Part shown: positions 47,903 through 58,024 of the stretch, one piece after another | How positions within the stretch are numbered: position 1 is the stretch's first letter | Layout: each line of letters starts with the position of its first letter | Origin: a bacterium | Lineage (GTDB): Bacteria; UBA8248; JACPRG01; G963555815 | NCBI GenBank assembly: GCA_965261595.1 | Contig: CBDHDG010000003.1 | Location: 192,001-256,000 of the forward strand | DNA length: 64,000 nucleotides | Direction: 5' to 3' | Made by a program: the position numbers and the translations under genes | The notes under the pieces: generated by a model | Seen by the model: the letters and a program-made list of their open reading frames with translations, nothing else | Told to the model about the DNA's origin: nothing | Database searches by the model: none

Positions 47903-48807
47903 GTCAGGCCCGCTTCACCTCCACGGGCAGAGCCTACGGCCTGAAGCGGGTGTGCGCCCTTTGGGGCTTGGCGCGCTCCACGGTCTACGCGCAACGGCGG
48001 CGAGAGGCGGTCCCCGTTCATGAACGCCCCACGCCCAATAAGCGCGGCCCTGTGGGCCCGTGCACCGATGCGGAACTCCTCGGCCACATCCGGCAGGTCC
48101 TGGAGGACTCTCCCTTCCATGGCGAGGGCTACCGCAAGGTGTGGGCGAGGCTGCGCTTCGCGGGCATCCGCACCAGCAAGGAGCGGGTGCGTCGCCTGAT
48201 GCGGGAGGCGGGGCTTCAGGCCCCCCACCGGGTGGGCAAACCCCGAGGTCCCAAGGCCCACAACGGGACCATCCGCACCGAGCGGCCCGACCGAATGTGG
48301 GGCACGGACATGACGACGACGGTGACCACCGAGGAGGGGATGGCCTCGGTGTTCGTGGCGGTGGATCACTGCTCGGTGGACTGCGTGGGGATCCATGCGG
48401 CCAAGAGCGGCAACCGCTTCGAGGCCCTGGAGCCGATCCGGCAGGGGGTCGCCGAGCGCTTCGCCGGCTTGGAGGCGGATGTCGCCGAGGGGCTTAAAGT
48501 TCGTCACGACCACGGCCCCGCCTATCTGTCCGATGACTTTCAGCGGGAGATCGCCTACCTGGGCATGACCAGTTCGCCCAGCTTCGTGCGGGCGCCCGAG
48601 GGAAATGGCTACTGTGAGTGGTTTATCCGCATCTTGAAGGAGAATCTCCTGTGGGTGCGCTCTTTCGCCACCGTAGAGGAACTGCGGTGGGCGCTGCTTG
48701 AGTTCAAGAACCTGTATAACCATCATTGGATTCTCGAGGGCTACGGCTACCGAACGCCGGCCCAGGCAAGGCAGGAAAAACTCGCTCAAGTTGCGGAGGC
48801 CGCATGA
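47899..48807 (+). CDS. IS3-family transposase OrfB (integrase core)
   Basis: GYRKVWARL, WGTD, VRHDHGPAY and EGNG..E.F...LKE motifs; ATGA overlap with OrfA. Confidence 0.9.
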   Translation: MSQARFTSTGRAYGLKRVCALWGLARSTVYAQRRREAVPVHERPTPNKRGPVGPCTDAELLGHIRQVLEDSPFHGEGYRKVWARLRFAGIRTSKERVRRLMREAGLQAPHRVGKPRGPKAHNGTIRTERPDRMWGTDMTTTVTTEEGMASVFVAVDHCSVDCVGIHAAKSGNRFEALEPIRQGVAERFAGLEADVAEGLKVRHDHGPAYLSDDFQREIAYLGMTSSPSFVRAPEGNGYCEWFIRILKENLLWVRSFATVEELRWALLEFKNLYNHHWILEGYGYRTPAQARQEKLAQVAEAA

Positions 48808-49620
48808 GGTCGAATACCCTCACCCGAGTGTCCAATAACCCAGGGGCGGTCCAGTTCCTTGAAAGCAGCTTGTGGTCGCCGGAATTCGGTTTGTTGCAGC
48901 GTTACCTTCCCTTTAACGAATACATGAGTATGCACGCCCACGCCGGCAACGGCCCCTGGTTTCAGTACACCGGCATCCTGGCCCAGTATTACTATTTCAT
49001 GGGCAACCGGGATCGGGGAGATGAAATCCTCAGCATCATGGACCAATACCGGTCTGAAGACGGCTATCTGCCCGAGCACGTCAGCTCCTGCGAGCGGTTT
49101 TGGGAGTTCATCCGGACGGAATGGGAGACCGGGAATGACGCCCGCAAGGAGTTCGATCCGGAAATCCTTTTGCCGAACCTGTCGTACGATCTCATCGTCG
49201 AGGAATTGGTCAACATGAAGAAATCGTACGATGGCATCCGCGGGTATTGCACCCTCCAGAGAGGCGGGTCGTCTTTCATCCGTTTCTCCACCCCGTTGAT
49301 GTGGTCGCACGCCGAATACGCCATGGCCCTCCTCGTCCGCCGCAAGGCGGGATACCCGGCGATGATTTCCGTCTCGTGAGCCGCTGAAGAGCGGGATCGG
49401 GTCCTCCAAGATCACAGCGAATGGGTGGGACTTTTTCCAACGTGCTCGTACAGGGCGGGAGGAGAGGTTTGTCCCCGTTCGGCGATTTTGGGATGGGTGG
49501 GACAGCGCCGGAAGTTTCGCCGGGCCTCTCCGGAAACGATTTCAGGCTCGGAAATGTCGATTGCGCGAAGACCCGTTTATCGGCCGCCGGGGGGGTGTGG
49601 TAAAGGACGCGACGCGCCGA

Positions 49621-51252
49621 TTACCCGGACCGCTCGATGAGATAGGCGATGAGGATCATCAGGAAAAAATACACGACGACCCACGCATAGACCCTGGGCC
49701 AGCGGATGGCTCCGTCCGTTTGGCTCCATTCCCGAATCGGGAGGACAAACCCGCTTTCCGTCACGCCTCGGATGGACAGGAGGGCGGCGACGAGGACCGG
49801 AACGATGAACCCGGTGAAATTCCACCAAAGCCACGAGACCTGCGTGAACCGCCACAGAAACAGGTTGACCGCGATTCCGGCCAGGACGCCGATCTTCACC
49901 GGACCCGGCTTGGCCCACCGGGTGGCCATGCCGAGGACAAAGGTCGCCAGGATCGGTCCGTAGAGCAGACTCCCCACGGTGTTGATCAGGATCAGGGTGG
50001 TTTGCCTCAGTGCCCCGCCGGAATGGGCGAGGCCGATCGCCGCCGCCACGCAAAACACGCCCCACAATCCCGTGCAGATTCTGGAGGCCGTCAAATAGTG
50101 CGCGTCGTCCGCGCCGGGGCGGATGCGTTTTTGATAGATGTCCCGGATGGTCACGGCGCTCAGGGAGTTCAGCGCCGAGTCGAGGCTTGACATCAGGGCG
50201 GCGAGGATGGCCACAAAGATCAAACCAATGACGCCGTGCGGCAGGTAGGAGAGGATGAAGAGCGGAACCAACCGGTCGGGGCTTTGTCGCAAGGTCTCCG
50301 CTACGGCGGCCGGATCGGACCCCGTCGCGGAAGCGATTGCGCTCAGCGCCCCGGGCTGAGAGACGGCCGCGCCGACGAGGACCCCCACCGCGCAATACAG
50401 GAGCACCACCGGATATCGGCCCAGGGCGTTCAACAAAAGTGATTTTCTCACCTCTTCCACCGACGGGACGGTGAGCTCCCGCTGCACCTGGCTCTGATCA
50501 CATCCGTAATAAGAGGCGTAGAGGAACATCCCCCCGATCAGCATGGGCCAGAAGCCGTATTGACCCCCGCCGGAAAGGCCGAGACTCCGGAAGTCGAGGA
50601 TTTGAAGGCGCCCGGGGTCCAAGGCGCTCCAGGCTTCCGACCACCCGACCATCGACCACGCGCTGCCCCCCACGATCACCAGGCCCAGGATCACGATCCC
50701 CATTTGCAGGACATCGCTCTGAATCACGATCCCGATGCCGCCGATGATGTCGTAAAGAATCGTGATCACCCCGATCAACAGGATGGCGGACGTGATGGAC
50801 ATCCCGGTCGCGCTCGAAGCGATGATGCCGCCCGCGAGAACGGCGACGGCGGTCGCGAGACCGCGCGCGAGCTGGAACAAGCCGCTGATCAGAATCCGGG
50901 TCTCCTCGTCGAACCGCTCTTCGAGGTATTCGTAGATGCTGATGTAGTTTCCCCGGTGAAGGGCGGGAATGATCAGCGCCATGACCGCGATCAGGCCCAG
51001 GGGAACGCCGAATTCGTAGGCCAGCCACTTGAGGCCACCGCCCTCTTTGAGCGCGACGAACGCGGGCGCCGAGACGAAGCTGATCGCGCTCAGCTGGGTC
51101 GCCATTGTGGATACGCCCGACTGCCACCAGCGGATCCGTCTGCCCGCCAGATAATAATCCTGGACATCGTTTTGGTTCCGGTTCATCGACAGGGCCATTC
51201 CCAGCAGGGCGGCCATGTAAATGGCGATGATGACCCAATCGAGGGAATTCAT
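49621..51252 (-). CDS. Sodium:solute symporter (SSS family)
   Basis: DYYLAGR, ATQLSAISF, SIYEYLEERF, SDVLQ, YGCDQSQVQR and AALMSSLDSALNSLS motifs; start MNSLDW. Confidence 0.92.
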   Translation of the reverse strand: MNSLDWVIIAIYMAALLGMALSMNRNQNDVQDYYLAGRRIRWWQSGVSTMATQLSAISFVSAPAFVALKEGGGLKWLAYEFGVPLGLIAVMALIIPALHRGNYISIYEYLEERFDEETRILISGLFQLARGLATAVAVLAGGIIASSATGMSITSAILLIGVITILYDIIGGIGIVIQSDVLQMGIVILGLVIVGGSAWSMVGWSEAWSALDPGRLQILDFRSLGLSGGGQYGFWPMLIGGMFLYASYYGCDQSQVQRELTVPSVEEVRKSLLLNALGRYPVVLLYCAVGVLVGAAVSQPGALSAIASATGSDPAAVAETLRQSPDRLVPLFILSYLPHGVIGLIFVAILAALMSSLDSALNSLSAVTIRDIYQKRIRPGADDAHYLTASRICTGLWGVFCVAAAIGLAHSGGALRQTTLILINTVGSLLYGPILATFVLGMATRWAKPGPVKIGVLAGIAVNLFLWRFTQVSWLWWNFTGFIVPVLVAALLSIRGVTESGFVLPIREWSQTDGAIRWPRVYAWVVVYFFLMILIAYLIERSG

Positions 51253-51411
51253 CGGATTGATCCTCGGGCGTCGGAGTCGGGTCGGACCGGGGGCTCTTCG
51301 GGATGCGAGCGAACGGGACAAACCGTCAGGACGGATGGCTGTGCGGGCGGGGGCGGAAAGTCTGCAATCCTGACGGATATTTCCAACCCGGAAGTTGTTG
51401 CGTGTATTATA

Positions 51412-53079
51412 CCCGCATTTCCCATATGGATCATAAGTTTTGTCGGACCGAATGCCATTTTCTCGTGTAAGATCAAGGTGTTGGCCTCTCCCTGCCATCA
51501 TCTTGCGAGGGGACCCAATGGGTGAAGCGAAGAAGGGGGCTTTGAAGATCCGTTTTGACCGTCGGCTGAGGCTTGAGTTTCACGGAACCAGAATCACTTC
51601 GGATGCAGGATTGCTGGCCTGCCGGGAGCTGGATGATGCGCTGGGTTTGACGGTGAGAGCGCCAGTGCAATTGCAAGAGATCCGTCATGGCCGGAACATC
51701 CAGCATGAGTTGGCGCCGCTATTGCGCCAGTCGGTCTATAGCCGCTTGGCAGGGTATGAAGACACCAACGATGCCGAGCGGTTGGCCCAGGACCCCGCGA
51801 TGCAAGCCGTGGTCGGCCGCCGAGCGCTTGAGAAGCAGGCGGCGGGCGCCAACACCCTGAGCCGGTTCGAGACCGAGGTTCTCACCAAGGAGGAGAATCT
51901 CAAGGGGCCGGAGCGAGCTGAACCGGGAGTGGGTGGACCGGGCCATGGCACACTCACCCCATCAGCGAATCATCCTGGACATGGACAGCTCGGAAAGCCC
52001 CGTCCATGGGGAGCAGGAAGGTACGGCCTACAACGGCCACTTTCGTTGCACCTGTTATCACCCTCTTTTTTGCTTTAACCAGTTCGGGGACTGCGAAGGG
52101 GCGATGTTGCGCCCCGGCAACGTGCACAGCGCCGATGGCTGGCGCGAGTTGCTTTCGCCCATCGCGGCCCGGTATGAGCGGGCGGGTGTTCGCCGTTACT
52201 TCCGAGCCGATGCCGCCTTTGCGCGCCCGGAGGTCTATGAGTGCCTGGAAGCGCACAGCTTCCTTTACGCCATCCGCCTTCCCGCCAACGACGTGGTGCA
52301 GCGAGAGATCGACTTCCTCCTCACCCGCCCGGTCGGTCGCCCGCCCAAGAGACCCATCATCTTCTATTACGACTTCCGGTATCAGGCTGGAAGCTGGGAC
52401 CGTTCCCGGCGGGTCGTGGCGAAGGTGGAATGGCACTCAGGCGAACTCTTCCCTCGCGTCGGATTCATTGTCACGAACCTGACGGCTCGACCCGAGGGGG
52501 TCGTGCACTTCTACAACCAGCGAGGCACAGCCGAGCAATGGATCAAGGAAGGCAAGTACGCCATGAACTGGACACGCCTTTCCTGTCACCGGTTCGTGTG
52601 CAACCAGGTGCGGCTCCTTCTCTTCGTCCTGGCGTACAACCTGGGCAATTTCCTGCGCAGGCTAGCCTTGCCCAGGGGGCTCAAGCACTGGTCGCTGCGA
52701 AGCCTCCAGGTCAAGCTCATCAAAATGGGCGGGAGGATTGTGCGGCACGCCCGGCAGATCATCTTTCAATTGGCCGAAGTAGCGGTATCCAGGGAAGAGT
52801 TCGCCATCATCCTGGACCGAATCAACCGATTACGGCCGGTGCCGGTCTAACCTTGTGCAGAGGGTTCCCGGCAGCATGAGGTGATTGGTTAACGGGTTGA
52901 ACCGCGAATAAAGGGGACCGAAGGGCGAGGGTCCGCCTTTTGGGGCAGTCGATGGCCGTCAGCACCTTGTTGCGGAGGGTTGGAAGGCTCTTGACAAACC
53001 CATCGGAAGGGGATCAACTGGTTTTCATCGGGAAAGGGGACCGGAAACCACCCAAGCAAGTTGATATGGGAAATTCCGG
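51412..53079 (+). mobile_element. IS1380-family insertion sequence
   Basis: 16-bp imperfect IRs CCCGCATTTCCCATAT / CCGGAATTTCCCATAT; 5-bp target duplication TTATA (51407-51411, 53080-53084). Confidence 0.9.
51518..52850 (+). pseudogene. IS1380 transposase, frameshifted near 51910
   Basis: MGEAKKG...ITSDAGLL...GYEDTNDA in one frame; ELNREWVDR...LDMDSS...YHPL...RADAAF...YNQRGTAEQWIKEGK in the next. Confidence 0.85.
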
Positions 53080-53154
53080 TTATAACCAATCCAAATCAGC
53101 GTATCAGGGGTTTGACGAAACGGCATCCCCGGAATGAAGGAGTGATGAGGCCCG

Positions 53155-54249
53155 ATGAAAACGGAATACTCAGCGGTCATGGAGGGCAAGGAGCGGATGA
53201 GCCTCCGGGAGTTCCCGTTGCCCGAAATCGGCGAGGACGACGGCCTCATGCGGGTGGAGATGTCGGGGGTGTGCGGGTCGGATTACGCTTGGTTTCATGA
53301 AAAGGTGAAGCTCCCGGAGTACCCCGTCATCCTGGGCCATGAGATCCTGGGCCGCCTCGAGAAGCTCGGCAAAAAGGTGGCGGACCGTCTCGGGCTGGCC
53401 GAGGGGGACCGGGTCGTGGTCGAGTCCCGCATCGGCTGCGATGGGTGCAGATACTGCAAGGCGGGACACTATGTCTTTTGCGAAAAAGAGCTCGGCTACG
53501 GCACGACGGTCTCTTGCGCCCGGCCCCCGCACCTTTGGGGGGCTTACGGGGAGTGCCTGTACATTGCCCCGGGGACCCGGGTGCACAAGATTGCCGAGTC
53601 CGTTCCGGCCGAGGCCGCCGTCTTGACGTGCGGCGTCCTGGCCAACGGGATCCGGTGGGTCCATCAAAAGGGCGGCGTCGGGATTGGGGACGTGGTGATT
53701 GTCGAGGGCGTCGGCCAGCAGGGGCTGGCGGCGATCATCGCCTCCAAGGAGGCCGGCGCCCACCTGGTCATCGCGACGGGCGTCTCAGGGGACGAGAAAC
53801 GCTTTGCGCTGGCCCGCGAGTTCGGGGCGGACCACACCATCGACATCGAGGCGCCCGGCGCGGTCGAGCGCATTCTGGACTTGACCGAGGGTTTGGGCGC
53901 GGACGTCGTCGTCGACGCGACATCGAGCCCCGCCGCCTTGGAGACCGCCATCGACCTGGTGCGCAAGCGGGGAACCGTCATCAGCGCCGGCCTCAAGGGG
54001 ACGCTGGTCCGGACGCCCATCAACGTGGACAAGGTCGCCCTCAACGAGATTCGGATTCAAGGGGTGTTCACCCACGACGCGGAATCGGTGGTCCCGACCA
54101 TCAGACTGCTGGAGTCCGGGAAGTATCCGGTGGAGAAGATGGTGACCCACCGGTTCAAATTGTCCGAGGCCGAAAAGGCCGTTCAGTGCGTCGGGCGGCA
54201 GCTGGAAGGGGAGGACCCCATCAAGGTCGTCATCCTGCCGGAGGTGTAG
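53155..54249 (+). CDS. Zinc-dependent alcohol dehydrogenase (MDR family)
   Basis: GVCGSD, GHE, CDGCRYC..G..VFC and GVGQQG motifs. Confidence 0.93.
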   Translation: MKTEYSAVMEGKERMSLREFPLPEIGEDDGLMRVEMSGVCGSDYAWFHEKVKLPEYPVILGHEILGRLEKLGKKVADRLGLAEGDRVVVESRIGCDGCRYCKAGHYVFCEKELGYGTTVSCARPPHLWGAYGECLYIAPGTRVHKIAESVPAEAAVLTCGVLANGIRWVHQKGGVGIGDVVIVEGVGQQGLAAIIASKEAGAHLVIATGVSGDEKRFALAREFGADHTIDIEAPGAVERILDLTEGLGADVVVDATSSPAALETAIDLVRKRGTVISAGLKGTLVRTPINVDKVALNEIRIQGVFTHDAESVVPTIRLLESGKYPVEKMVTHRFKLSEAEKAVQCVGRQLEGEDPIKVVILPEV

Positions 54250-54496
54250 CGGGAGGCGGGCAAGACGCCCGTTCTCACAAGGGGCGGCGCTGGCGGCTTC
54301 TCTGCCGGCGCCGCATTTTTAAAATGAAGCGCGCGTCCATTATTCCTGAGGCTGGTCCCCGTCCCGGCCCGTCACACGCCCATAGGGAACAGAATGCTGG
54401 AACTTGGTCAGCACCCGTGCGTTGGTAAATTATTGAACGCTAACCGGTTCAATCGACCTACACCGTTCGGTCGTTTAAGTTGCTGAGAAATGCGGC

Positions 54497-55846
54497 CTAG
54501 GGTCTCCCTGGTGCAAAATCCTCCAGTGTTCTCAGATCCGGAAGCGACAACGGCTCCTTATACAAATGTTGCTCTTGCCAGAGACCGCTCTCTCGGATCC
54601 TGGTTTTTGGCGAAAAGCTGCCCAACCAGCCTGGAGAGGGACAGCAAGAGCGACAGAGGGAAACAGTCGCAATGCCGCGCCGCTCGAATTCAAGGCAAAC
54701 CTCGCGATTTGGGACGGCGATGGTGCAAAACGAGAGATTCCGTGTGATATGTTCCGATACAGAATTTTCGACCTGCCCCTGTCTTTCCTTGTCGACAAAC
54801 GTCCCATAGCGCTCACGGTTTTTCCGTGAGGTGAGATCGAAGTCCCACGTTTTGAGGAATGGGTCGCCGTCCCTGTTGAGGAGCGCACGTACCAGGTTTT
54901 TGCGAAAGATACTACGATCCTTGTTCGGCGTTACGTGCTCCTTGAGACGTGCCCTCAGGTTGCCATCGCCAGTGTGACTGCCGATCCGCACGATACGCTC
55001 ACCAACATGGCCCGGTTCGGCGGCCTCAAACAGAAAATAGAGGCCATTGTCCGGAATCCCGTAATCAGGCGGTGAAAAACTGTGTTGTTTGAGCCGGTGC
55101 AAGATCTCGTGGAGGCGTGAGCATAACTCTTCTCTTTCAACCAATTGGCGCTGCGACGGATGGAGAAAGCTCCACGGGTTTTCAAACGCCCGCTCTAGCT
55201 CTTCCACGTTGCTCATCACGCGAAAGCGGCGCTTTGCATCGGGCTGATCAAACGGGTCGGTGTTTGCCGCTACCAGTGGCAGAACAGGTGGCGCCACACC
55301 GGTCGCCAGGTTCAACAGCGCCTCGGCGGCCTCGTCGGGCAGGTGAGCGGCCAGTTCCAGAATGGAGTCTTCGTTGGCCTTCCGCACATCTGCCAGCCAC
55401 TCGACAGGCAGCCCGCAGTCGAGCAGTTCATCATCCGACAGATGTTCATAGAGGGGTGGCTTGGGGAGATCGGGCTGTTCGACTTCCACGTACTTCGGGA
55501 CGGGGATTTCCTGGACCCGCTCGCGAATTTCCACCAACTGCGCCGCGCCGGTTTTCGGATGGGTTTCCAGCTTGCGCTGCTCAGCCCAGTCATAGGCCCG
55601 GTCGTGGTGATCCACATAGCACAGGAGTAGGCTCGTTTTGGTCTTGTGCACGATGATCCGCAGGTCGCGGCTGACTCGCACCGAACAGAAGTTTTTGTCC
55701 TTGGCCCTGTCGAGCTTGTGGAATTTCTTGCCCGGGGTGTCGCGCTTTATCTGAAGGTCGAAGGCTGTGGTCTTGACGGCTTTTTGCTCGTCGCCGGTCA
55801 ATCTCGTGAGGCTGTCAGTAAAGGTGTCGGCGATACGAAAGTCCAT
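54497..55846 (-). CDS. Chimeric protein: RelE-like N-terminal region of UvrD-type helicases fused to a GIY-YIG-like nuclease domain
   Basis: MDFRIADTFTDSL...KTTAFDLQ...FHKLDRAKDKNF.SVRVSRDLRIIVH...YVDHHD.AY.WA...FLHPSQRQLVER, then GLYFLFE...IVRIGSH...NLRARLKEH...SIFRKN; no Walker A motif. Confidence 0.7.
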   Translation of the reverse strand: MDFRIADTFTDSLTRLTGDEQKAVKTTAFDLQIKRDTPGKKFHKLDRAKDKNFCSVRVSRDLRIIVHKTKTSLLLCYVDHHDRAYDWAEQRKLETHPKTGAAQLVEIRERVQEIPVPKYVEVEQPDLPKPPLYEHLSDDELLDCGLPVEWLADVRKANEDSILELAAHLPDEAAEALLNLATGVAPPVLPLVAANTDPFDQPDAKRRFRVMSNVEELERAFENPWSFLHPSQRQLVEREELCSRLHEILHRLKQHSFSPPDYGIPDNGLYFLFEAAEPGHVGERIVRIGSHTGDGNLRARLKEHVTPNKDRSIFRKNLVRALLNRDGDPFLKTWDFDLTSRKNRERYGTFVDKERQGQVENSVSEHITRNLSFCTIAVPNREVCLEFERRGIATVSLCRSCCPSPGWLGSFSPKTRIRESGLWQEQHLYKEPLSLPDLRTLEDFAPGRP

Positions 55847-56460
55847 TACTTGTGGGGCCAAAAGTAATGCACCGGTGCCAGCCAATATTGCGATGGATCC
55901 CGTTCGCTCTCGTGGCGGATAGAGCTGAGATCATTCACCCACCTTTTTTCGAACCCCTCTCGTGCAGCGACCGCCGAGATGATGGCATCTCGCTCGTGTT
56001 CCTGTTTGTTCTTCATCTCTACCTTTACTGAGAACTGCTTGAAAAAAGTATCGCCTCTCTTCAATTTCAACGCGGCCATTACAGCTTTGGGATGAGTCTC
56101 CGTGACGCCGACATCCGGAAAGAGTCGTCGAATCCGGTCCACGAACATCATGCCTTGGACGAGTGCCGCGCCACGCAATGAGTTCACCGCTTACACCTGT
56201 CCACCGGAAAAACCGTACTCCCCTCTTAACCACTGATCCGCCATACGGGCGCTGGAACGCCCAGACGACCACCACAAAGGGGCATCCACTCCAATACCGG
56301 CAGGTTGCGCTTTCACGAGGTTCGTGACTTTATCGACGGCCTCATCCGCACAGTCCACACAACACGTCTGCGCCGACCCGTCCGATTTGAGAATAGCCAA
56401 TCCAAAACTCCCCTTGCCGCCCGGATCCGCACCGATCCAGATGTTGTTGCGCGACCTCAT
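55846..56460 (-). pseudogene. DUF429-like (RNase H-like) predicted nuclease with an internal TAA stop
   Basis: WIGADPGG, GVDAPLWW, R.AD..LR, then GGQV*AVNSLRGA in the same frame (stop 56191-56193), TETHPK, HERDAIISA. Confidence 0.75.
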
Positions 56461-56732
56461 ACCTTGAACACCTCGAACCTCTGTCAAATCGATAGTTCAT
56501 CATTGAGAAAAGCCCTTGCGCAGGCGTAGTGCCAGTTTGTGTGCACGGGCTTGTAACGAACCGTTCGCCAGCCAGTTTGTACGGGCGCCTCAGATGACGC
56601 GTAGAAGACAATCTTTTCGGCAGGAAGCTGCTTGGTTAGTCGGTAAAACAACGGGAGATAGTCCTTTCCCCCGCTCTAGGGTTTTGTTGGACACTCGATT
56701 GATCCATGATTCATGGAGAAAGGGGTGTCGCG

Positions 56733-57119
56733 ATGAACGAACAAAAGCAAGAGGGGGCTTTGGCGGAGGGCGCCCGCAGGGCGAACGGAGCCAAGGCCCC
56801 AGGGCATCGCAGTGAGCGGGGTCGGTTCTCCTGCCAGCGCAAGCGGGAGGCGGTCCTGCGTCTTTTGCGGGGCGAGAGCCTGGAGACGCTCTGCCGCGAG
56901 TTGGGCACGACAGCGGCTCGGCTTTCCGCCTGGCGCGAGGCGTTCCTTCGCGGGGGCGAGGCGGCGCTCAAAGCCCGCCCGGCGGATGAGCGGGACGAGG
57001 AGAACGCCCGGCTCAAGGCCAAGGTGGGCGAACTCACGATGGAGGGCGAGGTCCTGCGGGAGAAGATCGACCGCCTGGAGGCCGGCCGCCCTTTAGCCGG
57101 CAGGAGGTGGAGGCGATGA
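56733..57119 (+). CDS. IS3-family transposase OrfA
   Basis: Same protein sequence as 47516..47902. Confidence 0.88.
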   Translation: MNEQKQEGALAEGARRANGAKAPGHRSERGRFSCQRKREAVLRLLRGESLETLCRELGTTAARLSAWREAFLRGGEAALKARPADERDEENARLKAKVGELTMEGEVLREKIDRLEAGRPLAGRRWRR

Positions 57120-58024
57120 GTCAGGCCCGCTTCACCTCCACGGGCAGAGCCTACGGCCTGAAGCGGGTGTGCGCCCTTTGGGGCTTGGCGCGCTCCACGG
57201 TCTACGCGCAACGGCGGCGAGAGGCGGTCCCCGTTCATGAACGCCCCACGCCCAATAAGCGCGGCCCTGTGGGCCCGTGCACCGATGCGGAACTCCTCGG
57301 CCACATCCGGCAGGTCCTGGAGGACTCTCCCTTCCATGGCGAGGGCTACCGCAAGGTGTGGGCGAGGCTGCGCTTCGCGGGCATCCGCACCAGCAAGGAG
57401 CGGGTGCGTCGCCTGATGCGGGAGGCGGGGCTTCAGGCCCCCCACCGGGTGGGCAAACCCCGAGGTCCCAAGGCCCACAACGGGACCATCCGCACCGAGC
57501 GGCCCGACCGAATGTGGGGCACGGACATGACGACGACGGTGACCACCGAGGAGGGGATGGCCTCGGTGTTCGTGGCGGTGGATCACTGTTCGGTGGACTG
57601 CGTGGGGATCCATGCGGCCAAGAGCGGCAACCGCTTCGAGGCCCTGGAGCCGATCCGGCAGGGGGTCGCCGAGCGCTTCGCCGGCTTGGAGGCGGACGTC
57701 GCCGAGAGGCTTAAAGTTCGTCACGACCACGGCCCCGCCTATCTGTCCGATGACTTTCAGCGGGAGATCGCCTACCTGGGCATGACCAGTTCGCCCAGCT
57801 TCGTGCGGGCGCCCGAGGGAAATGGCTACTGTGAGTGGTTTATCCGCATCTTGAAGGAGAATCTCCTGTGGGTGCGCTCTTTCGCCACCGTAGAGGAACT
57901 GCGGTGGGCGCTGCTTGAGTTCAAGAACCTGTACAACCATCATTGGATTCTCGAGGGCTACGGCTACCGAACGCCGGCCCAGGCAAGGCAGGAAAAACTC
58001 GCTCAAGTTGCGGAGGCCGCATGA
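57116..58024 (+). CDS. IS3-family transposase OrfB
   Basis: Same as copy 1 except G>R in DVAE(G/R)LKV. Confidence 0.9.
   Translation: MSQARFTSTGRAYGLKRVCALWGLARSTVYAQRRREAVPVHERPTPNKRGPVGPCTDAELLGHIRQVLEDSPFHGEGYRKVWARLRFAGIRTSKERVRRLMREAGLQAPHRVGKPRGPKAHNGTIRTERPDRMWGTDMTTTVTTEEGMASVFVAVDHCSVDCVGIHAAKSGNRFEALEPIRQGVAERFAGLEADVAERLKVRHDHGPAYLSDDFQREIAYLGMTSSPSFVRAPEGNGYCEWFIRILKENLLWVRSFATVEELRWALLEFKNLYNHHWILEGYGYRTPAQARQEKLAQVAEAA

Larger units (their letters stand above)
47450..48853 (+). mobile_element. IS3-family insertion sequence, copy 1 (1404 bp)
   Basis: Near-identical to 56667-58070; ends TCCCCCGCTCTAGGGTTTTGTTGGACACTCG / (reverse complement) TGGACCGCCCCTGGGTTATTGGACACTCG. Confidence 0.9.
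47053..49379 (+). pseudogene. Glycoside hydrolase family 15-like (six-hairpin) gene interrupted by an IS3-family element
   Basis: N-part YPYVYPRD...GHWGQRY...QEDN (47053-47449); C-part GNGPWFQYT...GYLPEH...PLMWSHAEY (48854-49379); halves do not rejoin in frame and there is no target duplication. Confidence 0.75.

Noticed and set aside
51900..51915. Programmed frameshift in the IS1380 transposase
   Set aside because: No slippery heptamer seen and IS1380 transposases are normally one ORF; more likely mutation or sequencing error
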